Both the position numbers and the translations under genes were made by a program. DNA of 61,378 nt, filler included, from Choristocarpus tenellus KU-1152 (taxonomy: Eukaryota > Protista > Phaeophyceae), in the NCBI GenBank assembly GCA_964200185.2. It is 7 parts of 7 records of this genome, joined end to end, with 100 filler letters (N's around TTAATTAATTAA, not from the genome) between each part and the next. Parts side by side here need not be neighbours in the genome. Positions count along the whole stretch, not along the records: positions 37,189 to 54,046 come from CAXNAD020000754.1; positions 54,147 to 61,378 come from CAXNAD020006499.1; 5 more parts are not named here. One strand, 5' to 3'. The notes under the pieces are model-generated. The model did not search any database. It worked only from the letters and a program-made list of their open reading frames with translations, and was not told the origin of the DNA. Shown here piece after piece: positions 41,466 to 54,185 of the stretch. Numbering within the stretch: position 1 is the stretch's first letter; each line of letters begins with the position of its first letter.

Positions 41466-42429
41466 TTGCCTACGCCACTGCTTGTACCTTGAAGAATGAG
41501 GAATGCATTTCCAATTTTGAATTATGGGGGACGTGTTTTTTTGCTCTACTTTGATCTTTCTACTCCTGAGATACCCAAATTCTTTGGAGACACACTGTTT
41601 ATAGAATGTAGACTATCGTTTTAGATACCAATATTAGTGTACCTAAGCTGTTATTGCCTGTAATGTGGAGGACAAGATCATATAGAATTGCATAGTTTAG
41701 AGGATTGCTGAAGTAGGGTCTGATAGTAGCCAATGTTTACACATCATTGATATGGATATATATATATATATAATCACCACATGCAGTCTATGCCCATCTT
41801 TCGGTGTACATAGTTGAATCCCACCCATTGTTTCTATGGCTGAATGTGTGCACAAATTACACTTCTGGTTGCTAATTTCAAGATTAGTGCGTAAGGAAAA
41901 AATGATTGGATGAGCCCATTACTTAGGTACAAGTTCTTGATACCCACAAGACTGCTGGGTGGTCTTGTTTCATTTTGCTCTGCTCCAAAAGACAGGTATA
42001 AATGTAGGGTAATCAATTGAGAAGAACAATCACAAAAAACGATTCTCAACAACTCAAGAATTGAGAGTTTTGTAGTGAAGGAACAATAAAATGTGACACA
42101 CACAGGATTGTCCGATCTGGAATATCCATGTGTAGCAACTTGTCACTGTGACAAGGACCACCTCTCGGATCAGTTGGACATAATTGAGCCTTCTCTATTG
42201 GGAGTGATCACACAGTTCCATTGTTCTCTTCTCAGGAGTACGTAGAGAAGCAGTAGTGGTTGATCATGGAACACAGGATACGGGGATGTGTACACGTTTA
42301 CAACCTTTTCTAAATGCACCTTCAACAAGAAATTCAAAAGAGTGAAAATGAAACATGAAAGGGAGGAGTGGGGAACAGATAAAATATATCACCACAAATG
42401 TACTGAGCTCGTTTGAATTGCCACTGCCA

Positions 42430-45040
42430 TCATTTACCTCTTTGGAGAATCTTCATCCACCTTTTGTATAGCTGGTTCTCTGCCTCAAATCGACCTTGTG
42501 CACCCAGCCACACTTGAGACATCCCACAGGCAACACGCAGCACAGTGGCTGAGGGCTCCCTTCTTGTAATCTCCCTTGACTCGTCGTCAATTTCTTTCTT
42601 TGCTAACATCCTCCTGGACTGATCTTCTCTTCCAGAGGTGTAACTCTCCCCAGTGGCAGGGGTAAGCGGCTCTGTACTGGATGGAACGACCTCACCCTCA
42701 CTCTTCAATGGTGTTCTGCTACTGGTAGAAGTCTGATGGCGCACCGCATTGCCAGAAGCCAGGTCCTGCAACTCGACCTTGGGATGGATGCTAGTCTTGC
42801 TCTCCTCTACCATTGTTTCCATTGCGCAACCCATAGAAGTCGGCAGGTGTAAATTCTTGCTGCTAGGAAGAGACTGCAGCTTGGTCTCGGAATACACAAC
42901 ATCGCTTATCTCACCATGTTTTGCGGTGATATTGGGAGGATGCATGGCCTTGCTTGGTGCCAAAGCACGAAGCTCAGCCTTGGAATAAACAGCCTTGCCC
43001 ATCTCTTCCGCTGGTTTTGTTGTGGTACTGGCAGGAGTAGCGTACTGTACATTTTTTCTGGAAGTCATGGATCGCAGCTCGGTGAGGGAATACACCAATT
43101 TGCTCGTCATACCCTCTGTTATGGTGATATTGAGAGGGTCCTCTACCTTGCTGGGTGCTAAGGCCCGCAACTCTGTCATGGAATACACCAACTTGACACT
43201 CTGCCTTGCCGCCTGTTGGAGTGCCATATCCCTCACTGTTGTCAAGTTGTAAGCAACCTTTCGTCTTGGTTGTCTACAAAAATCCCCTTCCAGGCCTGCG
43301 GCAACCGTCATTTCACCCTTGGAACTGTCACTCCTCGAGGAACCAGACCCATCCTCAGACTCCCCTGCTGAGGATAGAGCATCAGAGGACTTGTCCTCAT
43401 TGCCCTTCACATCCTCCTCTCCTTCAACGCAGCAAAGACATGGCACACCGGTGAGGGATGCTAGTCCATCTTGGAACCTACTTATGTCTGATGCAGAGAA
43501 GGCAAGCACTTGCTTGTTTTCTGAGAGCTGTCTTGAAATCCATCCCACGTCGTCCTGTGAAAAGGGGAGGAGGGGTAAATATTGGTGTCGGTAGGTATGA
43601 GCAGTGCCTGACCGTCATTACATGTGGAGAAGTGAGGAACAGTGGGAACTTTGTAAGGCATGGTTCTATAGGTACAGAGGCACTCTATTTCTCAGCTGTA
43701 AAAATCAACGCTTATTGCAGGGGCACAATGTGTGCATAGTGTGCTAGTTAGAAAAGTATTTGCCACAAAATGTGCTCTACTTGACGAGAATACGAACAAG
43801 TGTGAGCACTATTAAACAGCTTTCAAAAAGTTGTGCCAATCAAGATAAGACAGCAAGGAATGATGTATCAACACTACACCTGTTTACCGCCAAGGTCGAG
43901 GGAGGTGCTTCAGGATAATACCTTCTGCCTTACAGACAGTGCACCGAACTGTTTTGGGTCCATCTACTAGGCAATCTTCGTCCACATACGACAGAAACGC
44001 CGAGGAAACTGACGATCAACGCACTACCTTGGATCGGCAATCTGAAAAACGCTTAACACATTTAGCCATAATACCACTTCACCTGAAAGATCGGTGCCAT
44101 TAACCAATCAGCAGAATCGACCACCAGTAGTTGAGCTGACCTTGCAATCAACGCCCCCTTCCCCATCAAATACCGCACTCGCCCTGGAGTTCCGACAGCC
44201 ACGTGGCAACCGGTAGCTCCTAGGGATTTGATATCTTCATATGCAGGAATGCCTCCAACAAAAGTGGAACAAACAAAACCTTGCCGGCCAGAGCCGAGTC
44301 TTTGGATTGTATCCTGTTAGTGTTGGGATAGATCTTAGGATTGGTGAAACCGCAAAAAACCGAGCTTGCAAACGTACGCTATTGCCTACATTCGCACTTC
44401 AATCGGGGGCCAGCAGGAGTCAGAGGTCGAGAAATGTTGAAGCACTGGTTGACCACTCCCTTGTGCATCTTACCCACCTTTGTAGATATCGCCATTTCCC
44501 TTGTCCGTGTCAAGACCAATGTTTGCAATATCGCTTTCTGGTTCCATTCTGGGCCACTAGACTCCACGACAGCTCCCCTATCACCCTCACCGTGTTTCCC
44601 GCTACTAGCGATAGATAGGAGATGTGGGCGGAATTTCTCCAGGATGACCACAGCAAAGGTCAGAGTGGTTTTCTTCCCCGACTTTGCCTGGAGATTGCGA
44701 TTGGATGGAGGTGGCCCAAACATCAGTCTGTGCGGTCCTCCGCCACCGAGACTACAGCCAAGCAGAAACTATCTATCACACTTTCCTGTGCAGTATGATT
44801 CAGGGTTCATTGTTTGAAGCATCTTTGCGTTGGTTGTACTCCAGCAATGAGCGTATACACGATGTACATGTGATGGCATCATGCCTTTGGTGATAAGCCC
44901 ACCTGCACGAGGATACTCTCCCCTTTACATCCTTTCTTCCATATTTCAATTTGAAGTGCAGACGGTTTGGAGGCTCCATCAGCCTCCAACGCCTCCAATA
45001 TTGACTGCGATAGTCCCAGTTCCATGTTCTCGAATGCCAT
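42430..45040 (-). CDS. DDX20/Gemin3-like single-RecA pseudo-helicase with C-terminal repeats, ~567 aa
   Basis: complement(join(42430..43554,44083..44313,44478..44687,44903..45040)); all GT-AG, phase 0, no stops. Q motif (PSALQ), VQAKSGKKTT, LVLTRTRE, FVGG, VAVGTPGR, VVDSAD, FQDDVGWI...KQVLAFSAS. Confidence 0.88.
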
Positions 45041-45579
45041 TTCTCAACTACTCACAACTCACAATTGCTGTTTTAGATGAATGGAGCCAGCCTCGCATGT
45101 TTCAGTATATTTGTTGCGCGCAGATGAGTACGTTCGCTTAAAAAACCAACCGTGACCATGTGTACATTCCCTAAAATGATACCCTCCAACTGAACGAAAG
45201 AGGTTCTTCTTGATAAACACAACTATACTGTGGGTCAAAACGGGAAGGCCATTCCATACCGCACCTGGTACCTACAATGTAATAGGCGAACATGGCTCGG
45301 CTTCCTACAAAGTATTGACACCTATGTCTATAATATGACCTCATCCCTCCAGTACATTAGCGTTTCATGTGTTGGTAGTGAGCGTACGGTCATACTTGAT
45401 CCAATTTTCTCTCATGATATTTACTGCTAATAATTGTGAGCGCATTATGATTCGAACTAATATGAGATAATCAATTAATCATCATGCATACGAAAGCAAG
45501 ATGAGTGCTCATCATCCCTCACACGTTCTGTTGTTGTTAGAGGAGTTGGCGTCCTTGAAGTTGAAGGGGAGTAATCGAT

Positions 45580-45690
45580 ATCAAACCATAAATTCCATCT
45601 GTGCGTAGACGACGAGAGTGCAAGCAATCCAGTATGTTGTAGGAGCGTATCTTGCCAAGGAGGGCAAGTTTCTGCCATTGATCACTTGCA
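45580..45690 (-). pseudogene. Possible hAT transposase dimerisation-domain remnant
   Basis: Frameshifted LPSLARYA / YNIL / SSST, reminiscent of P-x-LA-x-x-A-x-x-L...SS. Weak. Confidence 0.2.
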
Positions 45691-46206
45691 TAGCGCTCTC
45701 GATCGCTAACAAGAGATAGATTGAGGTGATTGGTTGTTTTTAAAACTTTGCATCATTGCCAAAGCAATTCGCCTGGCAAACTCACTACCACCTTGAACGC
45801 ATCTCCCTGATGGATGGCCACCCCCTGGCTGTGATCAGTCCATGCATACCCAAAGAAGTGCTTCAGAACACAGTCAAATCTTCCAAAAGCCTGTACATAG
45901 CAACAAAAACGGGGATGGGGCTCGCATTTCTAAAAAACGACCAATCACAATCAAAACATTGGCATAATTCAAAAACAATGTTAATCGTGTAACAACAACA
46001 GGAAACATATAGTGTTGTTGATGAATGGCAACATGCCATAAAAGGCCACTGTGTAGTAGGCAAAAAAATGAGCAATCTCGCACTCCATAAAACCCTATTC
46101 GGTAGGATAAGTGTTCAGGTGTTCGCCCACATCTGTACCCATCAATGGTCTTTCTAGTGACTCATCAAAGTTCTATTGAAGAAGTCTGATTCCTCTACAG
46201 CTTCAT

Positions 46207-46253
46207 AGGAGGAGGAGGAGGAGGAGGAGGAGGAGGAGGAGGAGGAGGAGGAG
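46207..46253. repeat. (GAG)n microsatellite
   Basis: About 15 perfect triplets. Confidence 0.95.
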
Positions 46254-48929
46254 AACATTTCTTACTCTAAAGCTTGTTTTTGTGAAGCTTGAAAGTGCCA
46301 AATTGTGTAAGCCAATGAGATTTGTTTTTTCACTTGGTATGCAATGGGACAAACTCCTGTTGTACTGTATTTCTGGTGACTGAAGCCATAGACAAAACCA
46401 AGTAGATATACTTGATGGTTGTACAGATTCTCAGGAGGATGATGGTATATACCATAGGTTGCAAACTGTTAATTCACAACGTCCGAACATGAGTCGCCAT
46501 GAATTTGGGTCAAGATACACCACAAGAATCGTTCTTGGGGTGTTTGAAGAGTGTCATTCGTTGGGGGAAAAAATAGGTCCTTCACTTTCATGCTTGTCTG
46601 TAGAAATCAGAACAATATTTATTCAAAAACAGAAAGCACATTAGAACCCTCAAGTGCCCAGTGAATTGACCAAACACCCCCAAACTGCAGTCTTCCTAAA
46701 TAGGAAATGTCCTTTTTTTTGCTGAATACATCGATAGGCAATAGGAAGTGGAGCACCAAAGTTACTGCTTCACCCCATTTGCCATACACACATCAATAGA
46801 TTTGTACATCTGTTGAAAAAAAAAGTTAATTTTCTTGAAACACCTTTTTCAGAACAATTCCCGACATATATAGATGTGAAGTTCTATGAAGTCAAAAAAG
46901 AGAGTAACGAGTGACATCATAGGTCAGGCAATTACAATATTGAAAAAGACAATCCACAAGACAAAAGGGGTTATGTGAGGTGATCATTATCAGATTCACC
47001 ATCCAAAACAGGCAGGATAGGAACCCTCCAATTGTGAGAATTTGGTAAGCACAACCCTATATTTGTGTCAAACATTACAACTACCTATTGACAATGACTG
47101 GTGACAACATGGTTGTTGTAATGTTTGCCTGACATGTGGAACATTGATATACATTCTTGATGTGATGTAAGGATATGGTCTGGGAATATTGCCCTTTTTT
47201 CCTCATCTTGCTATCGGTCTTTGATTTCCAATGGTTAGTAATAACACCTCTAACCTACAACAAAAACTAGGATGTTCTTCAACCATGTGTGAATTTTTGA
47301 TTGGTAGAATCACTCTGGCTTTAGGCTGCTGCAGATACTAAACCCCATAGAGTTTTGGATTGGTATAGAGATAACCAGTGTTTTGAACGGGTCTAATTGA
47401 TCTATTGCCATGGCCCGATTCTCTGCCAGGAGGTGAGGTAGTAGGGATTTTGGAGTAGTGCGAGCTTGATGCCAACTACCACCTCCATTTTACCTGTCGT
47501 ATTCTGAAGTTTACATATATCTAGACACACCCCTTCCTACTGTTCACACAACAGTTGAAAATAAGGACAAGTAGTTCTTTCTCACCTACGGGTAAACATA
47601 CTTAAAATTCCTGTGATGTGAACCCTCTTGTTATCACAACAATAATAAAATATTAGAAATATCTACGCTAGAAGCTGGCACCCACGAACGTTTTACTGGA
47701 TGCGCGCTTGAGAGGGAGGAAAAAAGTGCCAAGCACTGCATACCAGTTACACATGGAGAATACTTCGGACCCACTAATTGACCTCATAGCATCCAACAAA
47801 AGCCATTGTACAGGCGTCACAACTATCACATGGAAAATAAAGTGGACTATATACTGAGCAGAGAACTACAGGGGGCATGAGAGGAAAATCAATGATTACG
47901 CTAGCTCCTTGGCAAGGTGTGCACTATAGATAAAGGGGGCAGTCAAGTGGCCAAAGGCAGATTGATTTGCACCTTCCATAGTGCGGCTTGGCCCATTCAA
48001 AGACATTTGCGCAGCACAAGCAGCTCCTCACCAAAAACACTACACCGCAGGTATCCAAGGTTGAATCACAGATTCACCAGGCACAATACACTGTACTTCG
48101 TACAATGGAGAAAGTTTCACACAACAGAAGAGGCATTGCTAAGGGGGTGCACATCAAGGGCATTCCACAAATATGCGTTCTAACAGACAAGAGGATTAAG
48201 GAAACAACAAATGAGATCAACCTGTAACCTAGGGCAGCAGACCAGCCTTTTTCCATTGATAAGCAGTGAAGTGGTAGATGATAAAACCGGATGAGTTAGT
48301 TACCAAAGACCCGATAAAAACATTCCTTCCAGTACTTCAGTCATGCTAATGCCATCTTGCAGACCCTGCCCCACCTGCAGTAAGAGATGCCTTGATCTGT
48401 AGCCAATCCCCTACCCCTCCCAAAATCCATGATTCACAAAGAAATTCAAATTTCTTTTGAAGACTAAGAACCCAGTCACACCTCACCCCTTCAATCTCTC
48501 CATTTCCCTTGAATTTCTCTCAACCACCTACAGACAACCAACCATAAGGAGAGCCTCTGCAGTAGGCACCCTACATCTCTTTTTCACTCTACTATTAAAT
48601 GGAGACTCAATAAAAATCTTCGCATCAAAGCCTGAAAGTCTTGCAGTAAGTCACAAGACCAGCTACAACAGCATCACACACAGTGCTAGATGCCTGTACC
48701 AACAATATCACTTCCTGGAACATCCTCGGTAAAGCATAGACCAGCCAGAATTTGGTACATGCCACGGAAGCTGGACAGGCCTGATGTGTGGTAGGATAGA
48801 AACGAGCAATTCAACAGATCCCCCTTCACTGCTGGGACTCCCAAGGATTTTGGACTGTGCATGCATCCACCCCCATACATAACAGCAGTTCCAACTGACA
48901 CAATGGTAATACTAATTAAGCACGGCTTC

Positions 48930-49913
48930 TCAGTGAATGCCGGAGAAGTTTCCTTCATCCCGTTCCTCATCCCATTTCTCGACCTGGCGGCGTGGACGAA
49001 AGGGGACACCATGATGAGAGCAAGAATGTGCATGGAGGGTGTCAGCACAAGCGTTGGGGGCGTGAGGGTAAGAGAGGATTGATGAGCAAATCCCTGACTG
49101 AAGGATAACAAACTTGCTCATCCGAAAACTTGGCGGCATTGGGTTAGGACGTCGAGAGCGTTCGAAACAAATTTACAGGAAAGATGACACACCTAAGCTC
49201 TTGTTTGAACGCTATGTAAAACAAGACTACGAACAGCACAATATCTTCGGGGAAAATATGAGCCGATCCAGGACAATCAACTCACCCATTCGTTAGGACA
49301 GAGAGATACGGCAAGCTGCCGGTGAGGCTTGCAGGCGTCCTCGTCACCGTCAGCGTTCTTCACACAGAGAACCCACTCGTTAAACTTTCCCCTGAGGTCG
49401 AAAGCGAGACAAAATACATCGACAAAGTATGCGAGTTTAACCTCGAATAAAGGATCGCATGGGAGGAAGTATTGAAAAGCAAACAGGATCTCCGTCTCAC
49501 TGCATACACCACTCCAAAATTCTCTTTAGGAGTGGATGTTTAATATACCTTCAATGGTTAACGCAATTTGCTGCAAATGAAAAGAAAGAAGAGACCGCCA
49601 TGATGAAAGCATAGGCACAGAGAATTGCACCGAAATCATGTTGAGCAAGCTTCAAGGACAAAGGAAGACCCTGGCCAACTACCTTTCCCCTTCCAAATAT
49701 ACCAAGGCCTCTTTTTCGACCTTCCTAGTATGATAATCGATATATCGGAAACAATAAGAAGTCCAAACGTCGAACAGACCAGCGCAATATAAATCCCGCA
49801 ACTTTTTGATGTGATCTCTTCTGGAACACGTACCAGCAGTGGCTGGCTTGGTTGAAAAGCGGGTACCGGCTGTCCGCTGAGGTTGTCTTGACCTTCTCAA
49901 CCATAGATGACAT
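48930..49913 (-). CDS. COX6B: Cytochrome c oxidase subunit 6B (Cox12), 79 aa
   Basis: complement(join(48930..48983,49286..49391,49834..49913)) gives ...TTSADSRYPLFNQASHCWGKFNEWVLCVKNADGDEDACKPHRQLAVSLCPNEWVEKWDEERDEGNFSG; CX9C/CX10C pattern. Confidence 0.95.
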
Positions 49914-50280
49914 CCTAGTTCAGAATCAAAGAGCTCAGAGTAGCGCCGAAAATAAATCCTTCTCCTCCTTTAATGTTGATTGCACTGTAGACACTATGCC
50001 TGTTACACCTTCTCCACCAAGTACACTCACTTATCTGTCCTTCCCTCACTACTACTGTTTCTTGTTTCTTTTGGTAACAAAATTGTTTTTTTTCCACGGC
50101 GTGCAGCTGAAAGCGCGATGATTTTCGATTTTGCCGTTTAGTTTTCACAAACCTACTTCATGAACTCAAATCTTAAAAGTAAAGGTTGTTGCAAACGTTG
50201 TGGTCTTTCCAAAATCGGTGCACTCAGAACTTCAAGGTTGAACTGATTCTCCACGACGTAAGTGGCGGCAAGTTCTAAGG

Positions 50281-51932
50281 ATGGAGGAGCATCTCCAGCT
50301 GCTCGAGTTGGATTTCAAGAGTGTCGCTAATGACCTTGACTTCGCAGCATGTCGCCTGGACACTAAAATGGCTGTGCGGGGAAGGTGGGTCCTTAGAAAT
50401 AAGTTGTCACCGATAAAGATTGCTACTGCTAGATAAATCCTGGGTCGACTCAGGGCACAGATACATCTTTCATTTACCTTGAGCTCATCGAGACTAGGCA
50501 TTCGTATGGTAAAAAGATTAATTACATTGACCAGATACTGGATATAGGGAACAAACCCCCTTAAAATTAGTTTTTTCGAACTCCTGCTGATCGCATTTTC
50601 GCAATGTATCCCTTCCCCAGAGATGAAACCACTGTTCCTGATGTGCACAACCTTCTGGTGCGAATTGAAGAGTTGCAGAAGGAGGTGCCTCTGCTAGAAG
50701 AGAGTATGATGGATGTCATCAGGAGGGTCAAAGTGAGATAGTATTAGTTTTGGTCTTGACCTCAACTTGTTGCAGCTAGAGGTTGTCCATTTTGGGAACT
50801 TAAGTTGGTGGTTGCTGGCAATTGCCTCAATTCTTCTGCCAGATTCTCTTTTAACACAAAGGAGTCAAAATAGATGCCCCCCTGCGAATGTGCACTAGAC
50901 AGGGGTAGACTGGGAAGAAGCAAGGGGATGGCCCATAATGACTTGAGCCTGGGCTTTTACACTTAGCTTGCGCTGGGTCAATCTCTGTTTGCAGGGTGTA
51001 TTGAAGCCATGGGTCGCTTCTTCTGTTGCCTTAGACACTGGTGTCCTTCCTGGGGTGCAATGATCCAATGGACTGTTAAAAGCACATCATTTGAGCATGC
51101 ATTGCGACACCAAATAGCTTGGAAGGCGCATAAACTAGCATGGACATGTGGTACGATGCCTCTCGCTAGAAATTTCCCTTCTATTTGTAAATATTTGTTC
51201 TAAATGAACACGAAACACGAACAAAATTCTTATAGGCGGTGGAGTCGACGCTATCCACGTCTGCGGTCAGCACCCACGACAGCATGCTCCGAGTTTACTC
51301 TCGCCTCGGATGTGAACCAGGTGGGAAGGGAGGGAAAGAAGAGTAGCTGCAGGGATTCATATTGGTGGAGGGGTTATCTTTATTGATGTCAATTGCGCAG
51401 TGATTGACTCGTTTTCATGTACTCTGTTATCCTCTCATACGTATTCTGGGGAGGGCAGTAAGATAGGTGGGAGTTGGGAGAGTAAGACCTTGAGGTTGTG
51501 ACCTATGAACGCAATAATGCACATGCCTGTTTTGCACACCCTCTACAGTTGGATAGATTTTTCATGCATCTTGGAGATGATGGAAAGTTGATTGTACCAT
51601 TATTGCTGACATAATGTTGGTACAAATCAACCATCTTGGACAACATACCATGTACCATTATTGCTGACATAATGTTGGTACAAATCAACCATCTAGTCCA
51701 TTGGACAACATCTTCGATCTGATTTCAAACATCAACCATCTTGGCCATTGTCACCCCTTTCCCCCATTTGCCATGTCTCCTTGGCCGTGAACCATGTCAT
51801 GTTCTGTTCTGTACTTCACCTGCTGTAGATGGAGATTGGGTTGCTGAGGCGAAATCAGTCAAGGCCTGGATGCAGCGGACAGGTCAGCACTCAACCCTCA
51901 TTCTCATCATGCTGTTTGATTGCATTGCATAG
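50281..51932 (+). CDS. SKA2: Spindle and kinetochore-associated protein 2-like
   Basis: Exons 50281..50384, 50621..50732, probably 51236..51320 and 51829..; MEEHLQLLELDFKSVANDLDFAACRLD resembles the Ska2 N-terminus (LExxFxKAxxDLDYxxxRLE). 3' end uncertain. Confidence 0.7.
51593..51694. repeat. 58-bp tandem duplication (in putative SKA2 intron)
   Basis: tgtaccattattgctgacataatgttggtacaaatcaaccatct occurs at 51593 and 51651. Confidence 0.9.
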
Positions 51933-53036
51933 ACAATACGAGCTAGTATTGGATCATTGCTGTTTTTTCCCTCTAATACTGAGTGGTAGATGTCATTCTC
52001 CCCCCTCCACCCACACACACTGAAGACACTCACAAGCACAGTGCTAAGGAGAGCACGCCAGTGCTCAGAGATGTGTAACCTTGATCAGCAAGCGCTCGAT
52101 GGACTGATCGAGTTGGGCATCATCTGTGCAGCAGGGTGATCTACATGCACTTTGATGATAGGTTTACAATTTGTGTTGTGTAGGGTGTGTGCAACAAGAG
52201 TTTTTATATATGGTTGTGAGGCGGTGCAGTGTGCGAATGGGGGAAGATTCGTCTTTTTTCTTGTTTAAGAAAAAAGATCCTTGACCGTCGCATTGTTCCG
52301 ATTCAACAAACTTGAGGCAAGCGCCTCACACGAGAATATTCCCCCTTCCTCCCTCCCTTCCTCTTCCCCACGACTGTGTACCCTTGACCTGAGAACGTAT
52401 AACTCAGTAAAACATAGGTCGTTACCATCTGTAACTGTAAGTAAAACGAACTTGCTTTGTACATATATATATATATATACATATCGACACGGTCTCGAAA
52501 ATCTTAGCTGTTGTTATCTCATCAACAGCAGAATCATGTTGCTTTTTGCTCCTAATGCCTTCGTCAGCACCCCTCCCTCACTGTTGTGCCACCCCAACAT
52601 CCCACTCTTGCCGTACATATCCCTGCCCCCCCCCCTCCCCCCCTTTTTTTCTCCACCCTTCTGCTGTGGGCCATCTTATTGCCTCGAACTGTGGGCACTT
52701 CTTGGGTAGGTTCTAGTAAGGATGGGGGCGGCGGCGGCTGTGGCGGTGACAGGGGAGAGGGGAGTGTTGTTGTCCCAGGGGGAGGGGGTGAAGAAGAGGA
52801 AGAGGGGGAACAGGAGCATGGTCGACCGCGACAAACGATGTGCGTGGTTAGAATGACAAATCTTGTTTGTCGTGGACACATTCATTTGATGCGTTGTTGG
52901 GGGATTGCACTGTGTTGGATCAATGCGGTTTGATCGTGAGGAAGTGAGTCATTCATTCCATGTGTGTCTTGCCTATGGCTTTTGGGTACTGTTGGGGTGA
53001 TGGGACTATCGATGTTGCATCTAAAGGAGATATGTT

Positions 53037-53073
<37 letters not shown>

Positions 53074-54146
53074 TTCAGTGTGCTTGCTCGGGGAGTGTTC
53101 CACGTTTTTCTTTTTTTCTTTGAGATCTTGAATGCTGGAGAGTGCGTGTTAGCCCCCATCCCACTTAATCCTAGGCCCAGGAACACATATTTTGCTACTC
53201 TGGTTGTGATTTTGGCCACAAAGCTACTTTGGCCGTTGATGTCTCTGTCTGTCTGTCTGTCTGTCTGTCTGCTGTGGACAGTTACGCTCTTGCATTTGTG
53301 ATGCTAACCGGTGAACACTCCATCGGGTGGGATAGGAAATACTGTGCTTTTATTTGACACCATAATCTCAACTGTGTGCATGTGCTCGTGCATGCCAACT
53401 TCCAATCTTTCCTGTTCTTGTCCGAAACCATCTCGAACCAGTATCATACTTCAACTTCAACTTCAACTTCAACTGACAGTAGTTTCTTATTTTCTGTTTG
53501 CGGGTGGATACATGTTGGGGGGAACGGGGACGTTGACGGGGGCGGGGGCGGGGGTGGGGGGATTTGAAATGATTACGTGGTTATTGCAACTTAAGCTCGG
53601 AGGGTGAATTTCTGGCAGTGAGCGGTATCGTTCGTGGACGATGCAAGCTGGAAGACGTCCAAAAGGTTAACATCCCAGCATTCTAGCTGATGGTGCTTGA
53701 GCACGTATCTACTGCACCCGGTGTGGTTTGGGTGTATTCACAGATCGTCATGTTTTTACAGTGGTAGTAGTTGGTGTTAAATGTGTTCACTGCTGTGGAC
53801 ATGGTAGCTCTCTCTCTCTCTCTCTCTCTCTCTGTGTTTGCATACTTGAGAGGTGAAAACCGTTTCACGTTATATTAAGGATTTTGTTCTGTGCTATGTT
53901 TTTTATTTTTCCATTCCGTAGGTGTCTCGTAACAGTATCGGATTGTTTCCGGCAGCAGTCTTGCCCCCCCCCCCCCCCCCTCGGCTGCCCCCCCGGGGCC
54001 CCCCTCCGCCTCTTCACCTTGGGGGGGTGGGGAGGGGGGTGGGAGGNNNNNNNNNNNNNNNNNNNNNNNNNNNNNNNNNNNNNNNNNNNNTTAATTAATT
54101 AANNNNNNNNNNNNNNNNNNNNNNNNNNNNNNNNNNNNNNNNNNNN

Positions 54147-54185
54147 GTGGTGTCTATAGTGTATCAGCAGCACTATCTACGAACA
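54147..54185 (+). mobile_element. 3' end of the LTR family at contig start
   Basis: gtggtgtctatagtgtatcagcagcactatctacgaaca. Confidence 0.8.

Noticed and set aside
52281-53870. Several ORFs at the end of contig 6
   Set aside because: Dominated by homopolymers and microsatellites; no consistent exon chain could be built.
5506-54146. Recurring TTAATTAATTAA palindrome as a biological motif
   Set aside because: Always centred in a 100-bp N block; an artificial joiner.
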